The notes under the pieces are model-generated. The model did no database searches and was not told the origin of the DNA. It saw nothing but the letters and a program-made list of their open reading frames with translations. DNA of 64,000 nucleotides from Massalongia carnosa. Its lineage: Eukaryota. This document shows positions 50,799 to 64,000 of the stretch, one piece after another. The stretch covers positions 1,736,001 to 1,800,000 of the forward strand of contig OZ287081.1 of assembly GCA_965645245.1 (NCBI GenBank), read 5' to 3'. Made by a program: the position numbers and the translations under genes. Numbering within the stretch: position 1 is the stretch's first letter; each line of letters begins with the position of its first letter.

Positions 50799-51952
50799 CT
50801 ACGCGCCCGAAATCTGCCCCGACCCCCCCGCCTTCTCCTCTCCGCCCCCCTGCTTCAGCCCGCGCAACTTATCCCGCGACGCGCGCAGCGAGAAGTTGGC
50901 CTCGCGCCAACTGCCCTGGAACGCGACGCCCGGGTGCAGCGCGGTCAACAGGATGACGGCCAGGACAACCATGGCGCCCTCGAGGATCATGAAGCTGACC
51001 TGCTGGTTCGCGAGCTTGCCGTCGAAGCCCTGTTTGAGTTCCGCGACTCGGTAGCAGGAGCGCACGAAGATGAACAACGTGGCGGCCAGGAGCGCTGTGT
51101 CGTGGCCGTTAACCGGGGGGACATAGCAGAGCAACGACCACCGGGACGGGGTGACTTACACAGCAGCAAGGCCTTGAATCTGGTCGTCCCACGCAGCGTG
51201 GCGTGCGCGGGATCCCAGTTCGCGCGATGGCCGTACGCGGCCACGGCGAAATCCGCGCACATCAGCAAGAACAGGAACAGCGATATGACCTGGAAGGCCA
51301 AGCCGGCGATCATGATGTTGATACCCGACTGCTGGCCGGAGTTGGAGCTCGCGGTCGAGGCCAAGGCGCCGCCGACGGCCTGGAGGATGAGCGAGAAGAG
51401 ATCGAAACACATAAAGGTAATAGTGTAGACGGCGGGGCGGAAACGTGGGATGCTGCGGCCGTAGACGACCATGACGCGGGAGAGGCAGAGGTAGATGGCT
51501 CCACTGAGCAAGGCGGGGCCGATGGTGAGGCCGATGAGATATCTGCATGAGAAGAGGAGGGGGGGGGGGGTTGCGTCAGTTTCAGGTTGGCCGTGCGTGC
51601 GGGTGGGGAGGAACGGATCGATCCCTTACATCTTAAACCAGTTGTCGTCGAAAATATTGTTGTGCAGCTCAATCCGCGAGACGTAGCCCAGGATTTCCAA
51701 CAACAGACCCAGGATCATGCCTGCCATGAAGCCCCAGGTGCGATGGCGAATGCCGAAGAAGATCTGCAAGGCCAGAGCTATAGCGAAGATGGCAAGATAG
51801 AGAGAATTCCCCGCCAGGCTCGGGAAGTATTTGATCTTCCTCCATTCCGGCGGGCATTTATCGATGGTGCAGAGCGAGGGGTTCCACCACATATCGAACG
51901 GAACGGGGCCATATCCCGGGACATCGACGGTCGCGTTGTGAGGAGGCACCAT
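50799..51952 (-). CDS. RTA1-like (lipid-translocating exporter family) membrane protein
   Basis: YFPSLAGN, LEILGYVSR, LTIGPALLSGAIYLCL, DLFSLILQAVGG, GLAFQV, RSCYRVAEL, LEGAMV, HPG. Introns 51543-51629 and 51095-51159. Confidence 0.93.
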
Positions 51953-52250
51953 GGTGTTTTGTGGGGGAGGTAACCCGACGATTTCTGCAAGGCGTGAGGC
52001 TGAAAGAGTTGATGGAGCGAAAGATGTCTCGACGAGCGAACGCGTATGGAAATGGCAATCGGATGAAGGAGTTGAAGGGAAAGAATCACCGAGGACGAAA
52101 GACGCTGCTACTTATTCCCCTTGTCTTCGGGCGGTGTGAGATTTTTCGGCTCAGCCTTTTTCAGAAGAGGTGTGTTCAAAGGATTGCACGGGCGGTGAGG
52201 CTTTCAGAAGGGGTCGTCGGACCCATTGTTACAGAGTAAACATTAACGCC

Positions 52251-52620
52251 AACTGTAACTTTGTACCCGTACCCGGGTAACATCTTGATAAATCTGGGTA
52301 CGGGTACGAGTTTTATACCCGGGTTACGGGTATCAATTTTCGAGTATCCGGATAATACCCGGGTATTTCTATAAATAAAATACATAGAAATTTCTTGAAA
52401 ATTTCTAAATGTTCCGAAATCTTCAAAAAGTTCATGATAAAAATTTATATTCTTCACTTAAAGTTTAAGTACTAAAAATTTGATGTTTTTGGATATTGTT
52501 GGATATTACAACTGTACTCGTATTACTAATAATAAAAATTACCCGCGTATGGATCCATACCCGTACCTGGGTACGGGTATGCTGATAAAATACCTGGGTA
52601 TGGCGGGTTTGTTACAGTGC
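52251..52620. mobile_element. Degenerate MITE-like element with TACCCG/CGGGTA subterminal repeats
   Basis: Imperfect TIR ACTGTAAC...CC(G/A)TACCC(G/A)GGTA at both ends; AT-rich core; flanks TTAACGC/TTAATGC resemble a mutated TSD. Confidence 0.6.
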
Positions 52621-53700
52621 TTAATGCTAAAAGATTGCTTTCTTGGGCTTGGCATGCCGCGTGGATAACGTCAAGGGAGGGACGGGATGTCTGACGTCAG
52701 CAATTATTAACTCGGAATGGGTTTAGCGCTGATAAGCGTTTGATTAAGCATGACATTTCCCACGCATTTGGAATCGAATTTTGCGATTGGTCGAATAAAG
52801 AGTTCATCACTAGAAGCGAGAGCACTCCCGGTACCTTGTACAAGGTACCTTGTACAAAGTACAATTAACTACTTGGAACATAGTACTCCGTACATAGTCG
52901 CTAAAGAGCATCGCATCGGGATCGTCGACCATGAGTCATTTTGATTGCATTTTGTTGAGTCAGGAGGATATGGTGTCACTTTGCAAAGAAAACCAACAAA
53001 AAGCACCGTGATCGTTTACATAACTACCGAGTGTGTAACCTCAAGGTCTTGGAAGCTGTGAGGCTGCGCCGTCGTGGGTGTAGTGGTGTACGAAGTAAGT
53101 ACTTAGAGATGATGAAGATGAAGATCCAGGCATCTTCTGCAGTGGACAAGGGCGTCGTCATGGCTGATTGGGTAAGCCCATGCATGTGCTAAAGCGCTGC
53201 AATCCTCATTCAATTGAACAACGAAATAGGACGGAGCACTTCGCACTCGCAAAGGATTCTCAACACTTGGGACGAATATTCAGGTGGTGTTTTCCTGCAT
53301 GGATTCGTATGCCTGGAGAGACGGGAGGGAACAACGGAAAGAGTACGAATTGGCCAATCAGAGGTCAGAGATCGGTTACGTAATTAAAATCGACTCCCTA
53401 CTCCACTCCATTCGTACTCGGTTGTTCTTCCCGTCGTCTTTATCTTCATTATCAACTTCCTCACCTTTCTCTGTTCGAGGTCGTCCTTCTGCTTTACACC
53501 GATGATGATAGTCAACAAGACTAAAATGGCGTTATGGTCCGCGTCATCATCATCGTCCTCACCAATCACGCATGTGTCGGGTGCTGTGGAGCGACATTGG
53601 CGAGAGGGTCAACTGGAGGACAACGAGGGTGAAGCTTCCAGAAGTTGATCTTCATAGACAAATTAGACTCCATCTCCAACGGGTAAATGTACGAAACCCC

Positions 53701-56250
53701 TTAGAAGCGCATGCCTCCATCGGGGTGAGTGTTGTTCATGTGTGAATACACCTCCGCCCCTGTGCCAAAATCTCGCATGCAAAACCAGCAGATGTGTGTA
53801 TGGCAAATTCTGCACTCCATATGATTGCACCCGTACGACTTTTGAATCGACACCTTGCAGTTCGGACAGTCCTTGACGTGGTTCATCTGCTTCCATTCCT
53901 CGAACGCTTCGTTTCCTTCGGATCCGAGGGTTCTGTACTCGTCACAGCTTAAGCCATCGTGGCTGACCACATGACAAGTGGTGCAGATTGTTGTCAGACA
54001 TGCTGCACAGGTGAAGACGGCTCCGTCGGTTGAGACTCGGTAGATGTGCTCGCAGTCTGGGGTACAGCAGTATTGGAACTCGTTGGGCCGTGCCCGAATA
54101 TGTATCGACAACGAGTTCTCCAGGAGTTTCTCGTAGCCAGACAATGGCAACGCATTCTTGAGCTTTTTGTTGGCAAAGATCTGGGAGCATTTACCCAAGT
54201 CTCCATAACAGCGGACCGGTATACCATTTTGGGAGACGGAGGAACATTGATCTTCAAAACAATCGCTGCAATATATGTGACCACAGTCGGTTCGAAAGGC
54301 ATTCTCCGCCCTTGTCCAGCAAACCGCGCAATCTTGTGTTTGGACCGCATCCATGGCAGCGACGATGGGAACCTCACGGGTGACGCCTCGTAGAACGCTC
54401 TTCGCCGTCTCAAAGTCGCTGGTGGATCCTTTGATGGTGATGGTTTTGGTTGGTGGCAAGATATCTAGAATAGCCTTCTGCTTCCCAAGGGCTGTTACTA
54501 TCCGCCGATAGCCTCCCTCGAGAGCCATCTTCAAATCCGCAGGGCTCAGCTCAATGACTTGGGCTATCTGGGACAGCTCGTGTACTTTTTCTACTAATGC
54601 TTCTTGCACCTGTGACTGGTGCAACCTCGAGCCATAGAGTGAAAGTTGTGATTTCCTTGCGTCGCGATAAATAAATACATCGTGCTTTTGTTGGAGTTCT
54701 TTCAGGAATACGAGGCCCGGCGAGCTCAGGAAGAACTCGTGCCAAGCCGTCAACGTGCCGTTCATTGCGACCGAACCAGCCAATATGCCTTCAAAGGCGC
54801 TTTTGGCCTTCGCTACCGATGAGGCGTCTTCTCCGTATATTCGAACGGAGATCAGTCTCTGGTCAGGGACGGTGGGCGGGTAGGCTTTGATGGTAACGTA
54901 TCCGGCGTCCCGGATTTGAGTTTTGAGATCGTCCAGATCTCCTTGTAACGCGTCATACATGCCTTTGAGTACGTTGAACTTGACGGAGATAAGGGGAGCC
55001 AGAAAGAGCTTGGAATTGGATAGCTGTGGTACGGTCGACTGGTTCAGTCGTTTGACTGCCGTCAACGCTGCCTCTGCGTTTTCAAACCGCGCAACAGCCT
55101 TTACCTTGGTAGCACTCATCACGGTATTGACATCCCACGTCTCCAGGGGCCCGATCTCACACAGTATAGCTCGTACGGCTTCCTGGGCGTCGTCATGGGA
55201 GAGGCTGTATGAGCAGGGCCCTATTACGATATCAATCGGCTGGCAGTCCTTGGGCAACCTTCGACGGATCTGGCCTTGAGTTGCACCAACGTCGAGGTTG
55301 CCGATCTGCACGGAGACGACGATTGGCCCGCGGTGGCGATAATGGTTGGATGATCCCTGAACCGCGACTTGCAACTTTCGTCCGAAAAGCTTTGGAGTCG
55401 CTCTTAGAATCGTGGCCGCTTCGGTCGCCTTGCTGAAAGTTCTGAAATGCAACCAAGCAACTCGGGATGGCTTATACCAGGTGCAAACAACTGAGCTTAC
55501 TTGTATCCGACTTGCAGATGAGCCTTTCTCGTTCCCAGCTTGAATGGTGGAAATTTGATAACCCGTATTCTGGTCTTGATTGCCCGCCTTCGCCGTCAAT
55601 CGTTCTGCAAATCGTGGATCTTGGACTTTGATATCGGCAACCCAGGTGGCCGCGATTTTTGCTGGCAGCAGTCGAATGCTCGTCAAAGGAACAATTTCGT
55701 CATAGCTTGCGAGGTACTCTTGGACGCTTTCGGTTTTAGAATTCGAAGGGATATCGGAGATTCGAACTGCTGAAAAGTCGGACTGGAATTGTAGTTTCAG
55801 AATCTGAATACCGTTGCCATAGCTTACCAGTGCACCTCCTATTTCACGGGTCTCGGTGGGAGGGTTAACACTCTTGGGGTCGCTTGGCTGCCATCTCGAT
55901 TAGCCTTTGATGCACACCGTGGGGCTGGAAAGTGATACCGTAGTACTTACTATCTCAGCTTTTGGATGAGTACCTACTCCTTTGGTCAAGCTAGGTAATA
56001 CGGTGGTGGCTACCGCATGCTTGAAGGCGCATGCCTGTCCCTTGTTGCAGAATCCGGAGGTAAAAAACCGACAGGGAACTTGCGCCGAAGTTGACAAGAC
56101 CGAGGTACTCAAAACGTCTGGAACAATGACACTGCCCGAAGGCACAAAAGGCGGGGCATCAGCGTTCAACCCTGAGCTGGGCTTTTCGTGGCTGTAAGTG
56201 CAACCGATGCGAGTGCAGTTTCCAGCGGCGAAAAATCTACAGATCTTCAT
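53701..56250 (-). CDS. RBR (RING1-IBR-RING2) E3 ubiquitin ligase with two N-terminal CCCH fingers and RRM/KH-like middle region, 828 aa
   Basis: Exons 56250-55951 and 55887-53701; CRFFAAGNCTRIGCTYSH and CRFFTSGFCNKGQACAFKH; CAVC...CGHIYCSDC; IBR; KDCPNCKVSIQKSYGCNHMECRICHTHICWFC. Confidence 0.92.
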
Positions 56251-58517
56251 GGCTGGGAGACGATGGTGGCATAAAGGTGATTTGGTGGGGGTTGAGCTCT
56301 GCAAGGTGGTTCAAGAGCTTTCTGAGGGGTTCTTTTGGTGGGTTAAGTGACGGAAGGAAGCAAGGTGCCGAGACAACTTCGATTCACCAGTTTTGAAAAT
56401 GCCAAGTGTCGCTGAGCTGTAACAACAAAACAAACTACCGTGAGAAATGATCAAGGGTAGGTTGAACTCGGCTCACTCTCGCGCGGTTCGATCTGTGATG
56501 ATCTTCTTACGAAATGTAAAGATAAAACACGAATACTCGACACGTTACAGATGAATTGAACCAGCATTTATTCCTTTTAGGAGAAACATACAAGATACGG
56601 TAACAGACTCAGATTTAAAAGATGGAAAAAAAATGTGTAATCCTGCCACGATTGAAACCCAGGATCGTCCTACCTTCTAAAATCTCTAGTCCAGTGGCTC
56701 AAATAATCGTGCAGCAGGAACTATATTGTATGTATGCCAATACGGCCAGCTCAACACAGGACCTGCACGGTATTTAAACGTCACTTAACCAGCAAGGCTT
56801 ATGTATATATAGATATATATATAGCCTGTTGTCCTTTTCCGCGCCGACGCCCTAAAGATCGCAGCTGACAGTTGGTGTGCAACCCCTTTTCCGCTTACAG
56901 GGGAAGTTCACCTATATGTATCATGTATGGGTGGACAAGCGTAAGTGCGGCGTTGTTCAGATGATAGGTATAGGTATCTATCCTGTACTTCTTCCAGACT
57001 CTCTCTCTCTCTCTCTCTCTATCCAGTTCGCCCTTCGCGGCTTCCCGTTCCCGATCCCGATCCCGATCCCCCCAAAAGAACGAAAAGCAAAGCATTAGAG
57101 AAGAAACTGTACGCTCTGTGTATCACCCGCAATCATCGACTCTTTCCCACGGCTTGTTTACATGTTGGATCATTGCTCAGATAATAGATATCTACTTTGT
57201 ACTCCTTCTAGACTCTCTCATGTTGGCAGATCGGTTAGACGATCAGCCAGTAGTTAGTTGCTCGAATGATTGATTGATTGATTGATTGGGTTCCTTTCTT
57301 CTTTACAGCCCAGGCTCCTAACCAACCAAACCGCCTAGTTTCGTTCGGTTTCGTTTCATTTCGGGGGCCAACGGCACTCCTAGCGCGAACAATATACTGC
57401 TACCCGAGAAGTTCTCCGGTGTAGATGATTTCGATCCAGTCAATCAAGGGATATTTGCAGACAACGGGCAACTACCTCCCCTTTTGTCGACATCCTGAAC
57501 CGTGAACGCTCGCTATCGTCCCTCTTCAATGACAACAACAATAATAACAACACTTTCGTCGATCCTTCTCCTTTTCCTCTTCCTCCTGATAAGTAAATAT
57601 CCCTCACATGAATCCTTCGACAAACCTCCTCATACACAGAAAAACATCATCATCTTCAATTCCTCTTCGTTTAATTCTCGAGATCATTGCACATGCGTTT
57701 AGATTCGCTTTCGCATTTTGCGTTCGCATTTGTCATTCTTCATCGAAACATCTCGTACTCGCGCGAACTTGAAGTAACGTGAAGCGAAGCGAAGCGGATT
57801 CAAGTGAATAAAATCCGGGTTTGTAGATAAATAAATAGATAGATGAATAAATATGTATGTATAGTCTCAGTTACTAGGTGTACTGTTAACTCCAGCAATC
57901 GGTCACTCAGCCCTGGCTACTGCATATACTACATATACTACATACCTTATACATTTACACCTACACAAAAAACAGCCCATCTCATCTCAACCCTTCCTTC
58001 GCCCCTTTCTTATTTTTCTTAAAAAAAACCCCCCTTTCAAAAAAGCCAACCAATTGAGAAACCCCCTTCCCCGCCTAATCCATTCGTTTCCTTTCTTCCC
58101 TCCACCCTTCCTTCCATTTATTCATTCATTTCCCCCTCTCCCGAATTTCAAGAAAAAAGAAAAGAAAGAAAGAAAGAAAGAAAGAAAAAAAAACCGCCAA
58201 ATAATCGAATAGAAAATAAAAACAGAGTGTCACCTTATAAACCCCGTTGACCATCAGTACAATACCACCCCATATTCCATTTTTTTTTGATATCTTCTCT
58301 ATTATCGTTCGTCACTCTTTCATTTCTTTTTTTCTTTTTCCATTCCCTTCTTCACCAAAAAGCACAGGACATAAGGCATGAAACATAAAAATACGCTGGT
58401 TACGTATATATGAACGAACAAACAAACTATGCCTACCTGCCTGCCTGTCCGTCCTCTAACGCCTCGTTTCGTCTCGTTTTCTGTCCTTACGTTCTTTTTC
58501 TTTCTCTTTTCCAATTA

Positions 58518-58558
58518 AATCGGATCGGATCGGATCGGATCGGATCAGATCAGATCGA
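58518..58558. repeat. (ATCGG)n pentanucleotide microsatellite in low-complexity intergenic DNA
   Basis: ATCGGATCGGATCGGATCGGATCGGATCAGATCAGATCG. Confidence 0.85.
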
Positions 58559-60099
58559 CAATAAGAAAAGAAGAAAAGAAGAATTCAAAAAGGGAATACA
58601 TACCTAGAGCGAAAGTCCCGATTTTATCCCGAATTTTTTTTGCTGGATCCCTGGTTTCCCTCGGCTGTCTCGGCGATGAGGTGAGGAGGAGGATACTGTA
58701 GATATGTTATTATGTACGTACATGCGTTGGAAAAACATCGGAGGACAAAAAAAATCGTTAAAAATCAAGATATATGTTGATTCTGTCATAATTGTTGGAG
58801 ACTCAATGTTTTTTCTTTTAACTGCTCCTACTTTTTCACTTTGTGGCCTTATCGCTTTGCAAGTTCACATAAATGCTTTACACTTTGCTTTTGTGTATCG
58901 AAGGATCTGTCCGGGGTTTCCTCTCGTTTATGCATTTTCCGTCTCGTTTCTCACTCTCCCTGCCTGCTTGTCGATGATGTGGTGCTTCCCTAACTGCCTT
59001 TTTTTCCTGCCTGGCCCCCATTTTAATCTCGGTTATAGAGGACGACGATAATTATTGTGTAGTTAAATTGATGTAGTAGGAGGGGAGAGGGGAGGAGGGG
59101 TAAAAGAAGAGAGATTGTCAACGTCACAAAAAAATGCAAACAAAGAGGAAATAGGGAGGGGAATAGTGGTAGGATTGGTCAAACTATGGCGGAAAATCGG
59201 CAAGGTCGGAGATGGATCCGAAGTACCCTAATGACGAGTGTTAGATGCTTGTGGAACTGAACAGAAAAGGATTAACATTCATCGGTGCTAAAGGGAAACG
59301 GAAGGCGAAGGATGATTCATATTCATCATGCACGTTCGTCAAAGTGATGAATCCAAGTCAACACTTAGGGCATCACATTCCGGTAATCTCCTCAACGGTA
59401 TACCTCCTCTCTCATCCCTTTCTAGACAACCGAGCTAGATTTCCGTAGCTACTTCCACTGATCCCAGCAATGAAATTTGGACAGTATCTTCGGCGCACCT
59501 TGTCAGGCGTGCCTATCTATTTTCAGCTAGATACAAAGACGTGGAAGCAGCTCCCGATTGCAAAGGATCAGGAGGTGGAAGTTGGCGAACGGGTAGAGGC
59601 CGTGTTCAAAGGAGAAGCTTGGTGAATCCAAAGCTCCAAAAAACCGCGAATATCCTGGTAAAGTAAGCTGAGTTGAGGTGAACCAAACCACGGTTCATCC
59701 TTACCTGCCTCTGCCTGACTAAGTAAGCTTTCCAAGAAGCTGGCTCACTCAAACAGCAGCGATCGAGTCAAGCATTACACTTTTTCATGTATGAATTGCC
59801 AAGGCGCCTTTGTGGAGAAAACAATGATCCACGCAGCAGGAAATTCTGCGGAGCAAGAAATGGTACCTGTTAATGTGGCCGCTATCGCCTAAGATCAATG
59901 CTCATTTCATGGTTAGAGCAATTTAAACAAGGAACTGAAGAAACAAGAGATTAAATGTCAACGGGTTGCGAGATACTCGCGGAAATCCATCAAGTAAGAT
60001 TGCCTTCTCGAGGCTGTGCTCGACGTGCTTTCCATGGAGCCGGTTAACATGCTCACTTAGAACCAGCGGGAAATCTTGCTCCAGACCGAGGGAGAGGAC

Positions 60100-61250
60100 A
60101 GTTGACCATCTAACCAACCTTCTTGAAGGATTTCCGTTGTCGAAGGGTGTTTTCTTGGATCTGGATTCATGATACGCTCAAACATATCGATGTCGCGCTC
60201 TCCAAGGCCAAGCACGGTTATGATTGTCTGAAACGTAACGTCTTCTCTATTCGGTCAAGCTTGGGCAATTTTGCCTCATAACTTCGATAGAATGGAAGTG
60301 AATATAGCTGGAAGTCATGGAATTGGTCGGATCTGATTCGCGCTTCGTATTCGGCTACTTTGGCGGGTGTCTTCTCGTAGGAAAGCATTTCATAAACGCC
60401 CCATATATCGGGTATCATCAGCGCCTGAATCATATGCAGATACTGAGAGCGTGTGACCACCACATGAGTTAGACGGAGCGTCTTAAAAAAGAATGTGGAA
60501 AGAACATACCACCATTCCCCAGCCCCAGATGTCAACCTCCTTGCACTATGGGAGTTCGAACTGTATTTCAGGGCTCCGGTAGGGCAAAATTTGAGCTTTG
60601 CCGTTGAGTTGGGGTTCGGCTGTGGAGCCCCGGGATCAGTCATGCCATCCGCGGCGAGATCAAGTAGGGTACACTTGCCTGCCCGAGCGGACCCTAAATT
60701 CGCCAACTTTGCCGTCTCACCGTCCACCAGGATGCTTTCTGGCTTGATGTCTACCAACTTGACGTTAGAGCTCTTGTGCCAATTGGATGCAATAGCGCTG
60801 CTCATTCTCACCCAGATGCATCCAGCCTTGTGCGTGCATTTCCTCAATCCCCCTCAGCACCTCCACCATCACTTTCCTAACGCCATCGAAGCCCGGAAAC
60901 TCCAGCTTCCGGTCGCTCCGAATACCCAGATGGTCTGAGGTAGATGCTCCTGCACCATTGCCGACACCCCATCAATTGATTCAATAGTGTCCACCAGACG
61001 CCGAATATGCTTCGAACCCTGAAATCTCCATTGCTGCTCGACTTTTCGTTGAAAGCTCGCAAAGGCCCAGGAACGGCTAAGGTCTGCCACTTTAAGGATC
61101 ACCTTCTCGCCCCCGGTGTGTAGGCGAGCATGATTTTCGAGTGCGCACCCTTGGACGAGATAGGAGGGTATAGCGGCTCAGCGACGGTATATCTCATCAA
61201 TTTGCCGGCTAGCTCGACGCCTCGTTTTAACTGTTTTGTAGCATCCATGT
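60100..61250 (-). pseudogene. Protein kinase pseudogene (SRPK/CMGC-like fungal type)
   Basis: KVILKV, HIRRLVDTI, DIKPESILV and AKLANLGS (degenerate catalytic loop and DFG-equivalent), spread over shifted frames with stops. Confidence 0.65.
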
Positions 61251-62590
61251 TGTTATTGTATGGAAAGGATGAGAAGGGGTTGGTTAATCAGGAGGAACCA
61301 AAGGAATAGGGCTTCGTGATGGGAACAAGGTGGTGTGTCAATGAGTTGAGAGTGCAATGGAAAGACGAAGACTTTTGGGGGGGGTTGTAAGATGAGAAAA
61401 TGTATGAAAAGGAAGAAGGAAGAGAGGCATTGTGATTCAGGTGGTTATACCTTTGGTAGGAGCTAAGTATGTGATATGTCCTTGAAGGGAGCTTTCCCCC
61501 AATGGCGTTAGCGTCCCCTTCGCTTTCTTCTGTTCATCCGGGATGTCTCTTCCGAGTGGCTCTTGATCGACGTGTCACCGCGCTCCTGTGTCGTTGTTTG
61601 TCTTCAGTTGCCTTCATATGTCTTCATGTGTCTTCGCTGGATAAAAAATTAGAGGTAGAGGACCTCGGATGAAGTTACCATCCTGAGAATACGCTATTCC
61701 TAGGAAAGTGAAGCGGATCCATCCCCCTGTTGTGTCTCGTCTGATAGAGTAAACGACATTCGAGCTGGGTACTCTGTACTCTATCACGTGATTCTGAACA
61801 TGATTGTCCACGCCAGGTGGATAGTGATCCGAACACCAAATCTTGCATCAATCCACTCGAGGACAGAAGCAAAAGAGTTCTACTATCACGTGTGAGCAAG
61901 AAAATAAAAACAAAAACAAAAAACATCGAACGAAATGTCCTCTTAGAGATTTCATCCAGAAAGGAAAAGAAAGGCAAGAAAGGATAATCGAGAGAATCGT
62001 TAATAATAATGTAACACGGGATGCAGATGCTGACGCTGGGGATACAAATGCATAATGCTTGCATGGTCGATGAATGAATGAGCGTCTTGTAGGTAGATAG
62101 TTACTCGTCCAGACTAACAGACTATCAATACTGGGGATCTGAGCGGGTGGAATTCTAGAGTCGGCTGACGTTCCTAGATAGATATATATGTAGATTAGGT
62201 GGGTGGGTGGGTCTTTCAGGAGTCAAGAGGACAAGACAGCTAGGTAGCAAGCTAGATATCCCGAGACTGCGAGAGAGAGCGAGAGAAAGAAGGAGAGGGA
62301 GGGCAACGACGGGTGGGGCATGGGGAGAATCTCACTCATCTCATCTCTCCTGCCACCGTCTGAAGCAACGAACAACAAGACAAGACGACATATGCAAGGG
62401 CTCCTCGACGACAAGGAGGGCTCGAAGGTGAAGAAGAGGAAGAAGAAGAAGCGTCTGAAAGCGGTTAAAGGGAAGGAAGAAGAGTGTGATTCTCCACGGC
62501 CGAGGCGAGGCGAGGAAAGCAACGACGTATGTACATGCCTACTGGTAGAGAAAAAAAAGGGAGGGGGAACAAGCTAAACGATCCTTCTAC

Positions 62591-63891
62591 CTACCTAGAA
62601 CTCGAAGCGAGGCGCTCCGGATCGCCGTCCTCAAACACAAAAAGCCCCTTCCCGTTCCGGTGTCCCTCCAGCGTGCCCCGGACCGCCTGGACCAGCTCCT
62701 CCCTCGGCGTCTCCCACTTCCACGGCACCTCTGCCACCGGGCCCTCCCGCAGCTGGCCCGCCCGCATCAGCGCCAAGATCCCCTCCACCGTCCTCCGCTT
62801 CTCCTCCGGGTGCGCGTCGCTCCATCGGCTGACCCAGAACCCGGAGTACACCAGGTCGTTGAAGATGAGCGCGCCTGCCGGGATCCGGATAGGGCCCTCA
62901 CCCATGGCCCCGTAGGTCACCACTTGCCCGCCCGGACTAAGCAGCTGGGCCAACCCGGTAAGCGGCCTTCCCCCTACGCAGTTTAATCCCAGCCCCAGGC
63001 GCTCTCTGCCTCCGTTCCTCCACTCCTTCACCAGGCCAGGAAAGTCTTTCTGCATGAGCTCATCGTCCGTAACTACCTTCGTTGCACCCAGCCCTTCCAG
63101 CTCCTTCTTCAATGCCTCCGTCCCTGGCCCAGGCCTCTTGCGTATTATCGCGATACTCTTGAACCCCCACATCCTTCCTAGCTGTATCGCCAGCCGTCCT
63201 ACCGCGCTATTCGCCCCGTTCTGCACGAACCAGTCGCCCTCTTGTAAACGCCCAAAATCCTTCAGCATGCGCCATGCCGTTACGGGATTCACGGACACGG
63301 TGGCCACCTGCGCGTGGGTCAAACCACTTCGATCGACCGGCATGACGGCCGCTTCGTCGACTTGGAGGTGGGTGCGCCATGTGCCAAGGCCTGTGGCGCG
63401 AGGGATCACCCAATCGCCTTTAGCGACGGTCTTGACCGAGGACCCAGTGGCGACTACCTCAAAACATCCTTCGTTCCCAGGAACTGCGCTAGGCGTACGG
63501 GTAGAGAGAGCAGTCGTGAAGGGAGGATGTATTGGGTATTTCCCTTGAATTTGGTTGATATCGGCTGGGTTGAGGGGCGCGGAGAGCGTGCGGAGAGTGA
63601 CGAGACTGGAGTGCGGTGGAGCGATCGAGTAAGTGTGTAGGCTATAGTAAAAGTATGAAAATTTAGTTCTTGAATCCTTCCAAGCTTCGGCCAGGGAGCA
63701 TACTCAAGCACGTCCGCGACGTTGCCGTGTTGCGAGTACACTAACGATTTGGCTTGGTGGTAGCCGAACGTGGAGAGGGAGCGTTGGCAGTCGCGGACGT
63801 TCTGGAAACCCGCTCTAGGAAGTTGAACGGTCGCGTAACACTGACGTTCCAGGGACGACGGCAGTGGCCCGAGTGGAAGTCTTGGAGGCAT
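62591..63891 (-). CDS. ETR1: Mitochondrial trans-2-enoyl-ACP/CoA reductase (MECR), 412 aa
   Basis: Exons 63891-63704 and 63641-62591; NPADINQIQGKYP, GTWRTH, SVNPVTAWRML, QNGANSAVG, LNCVGG, VTYGAM, GFWVSRW; Arg-rich leader. Confidence 0.93.
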
Positions 63892-64000
63892 TGGGGTGAT
63901 TTGACCACAAAGTCAACGGCGAGCTGGATGTTTTTTTTAAAGACATCTAAAGGGGGAACGGCTCAGCGGAACACCATCCGCGGCTTCATTCCGCAACTCG

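Noticed and set aside
50751..51686. Plus-strand ORFs of 225 aa and shorter
   Set aside because: Antisense shadows of the GC-rich RTA1 gene; the same applies to ORFs opposite the permease, dehydrogenase and ETR1.
55686..55890. Suspected frameshift or extra intron in the RBR gene
   Set aside because: Re-reading shows a continuous frame (GALVSYGNG...VQEYLASYDEIVPLTSIR).

Overview
Eukaryotic (filamentous ascomycete-type) genomic DNA with spliceosomal introns, in a gene-sparse, transposon-rich region. Conserved genes: TRM1 (runs off the left edge), tRNA-Ser(GCT) with a short intron, an APC amino-acid/choline permease, a Zn-dependent FDH-like dehydrogenase, an RTA1-like membrane protein, a CCCH/RNA-binding RBR E3 ligase and the mitochondrial enoyl-thioester reductase (ETR1/MECR). 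Accessory content: several secreted proteins (two with a hydrophobin-like 8-Cys pattern), a small Cys/His-rich protein missed by the ORF track, ankyrin and kinase pseudogenes, and a divergent pair of orphan genes, one with a deaminase-like Zn motif in reversed order (PCxxC before CAE). Mobile DNA: a DD34E Tc1 element split by a Tad1-like LINE, two more 5'-truncated LINE insertions with TSDs, a head-to-tail pair of non-autonomous Helitrons with different minisatellite interiors, two copies of a MITE (one with an 8-bp TSD), and a DD37E Tc1-like element with CAC...GTG ends and an apparent 5-bp, non-TA TSD. All gene models and family calls are by eye; no searches were run.
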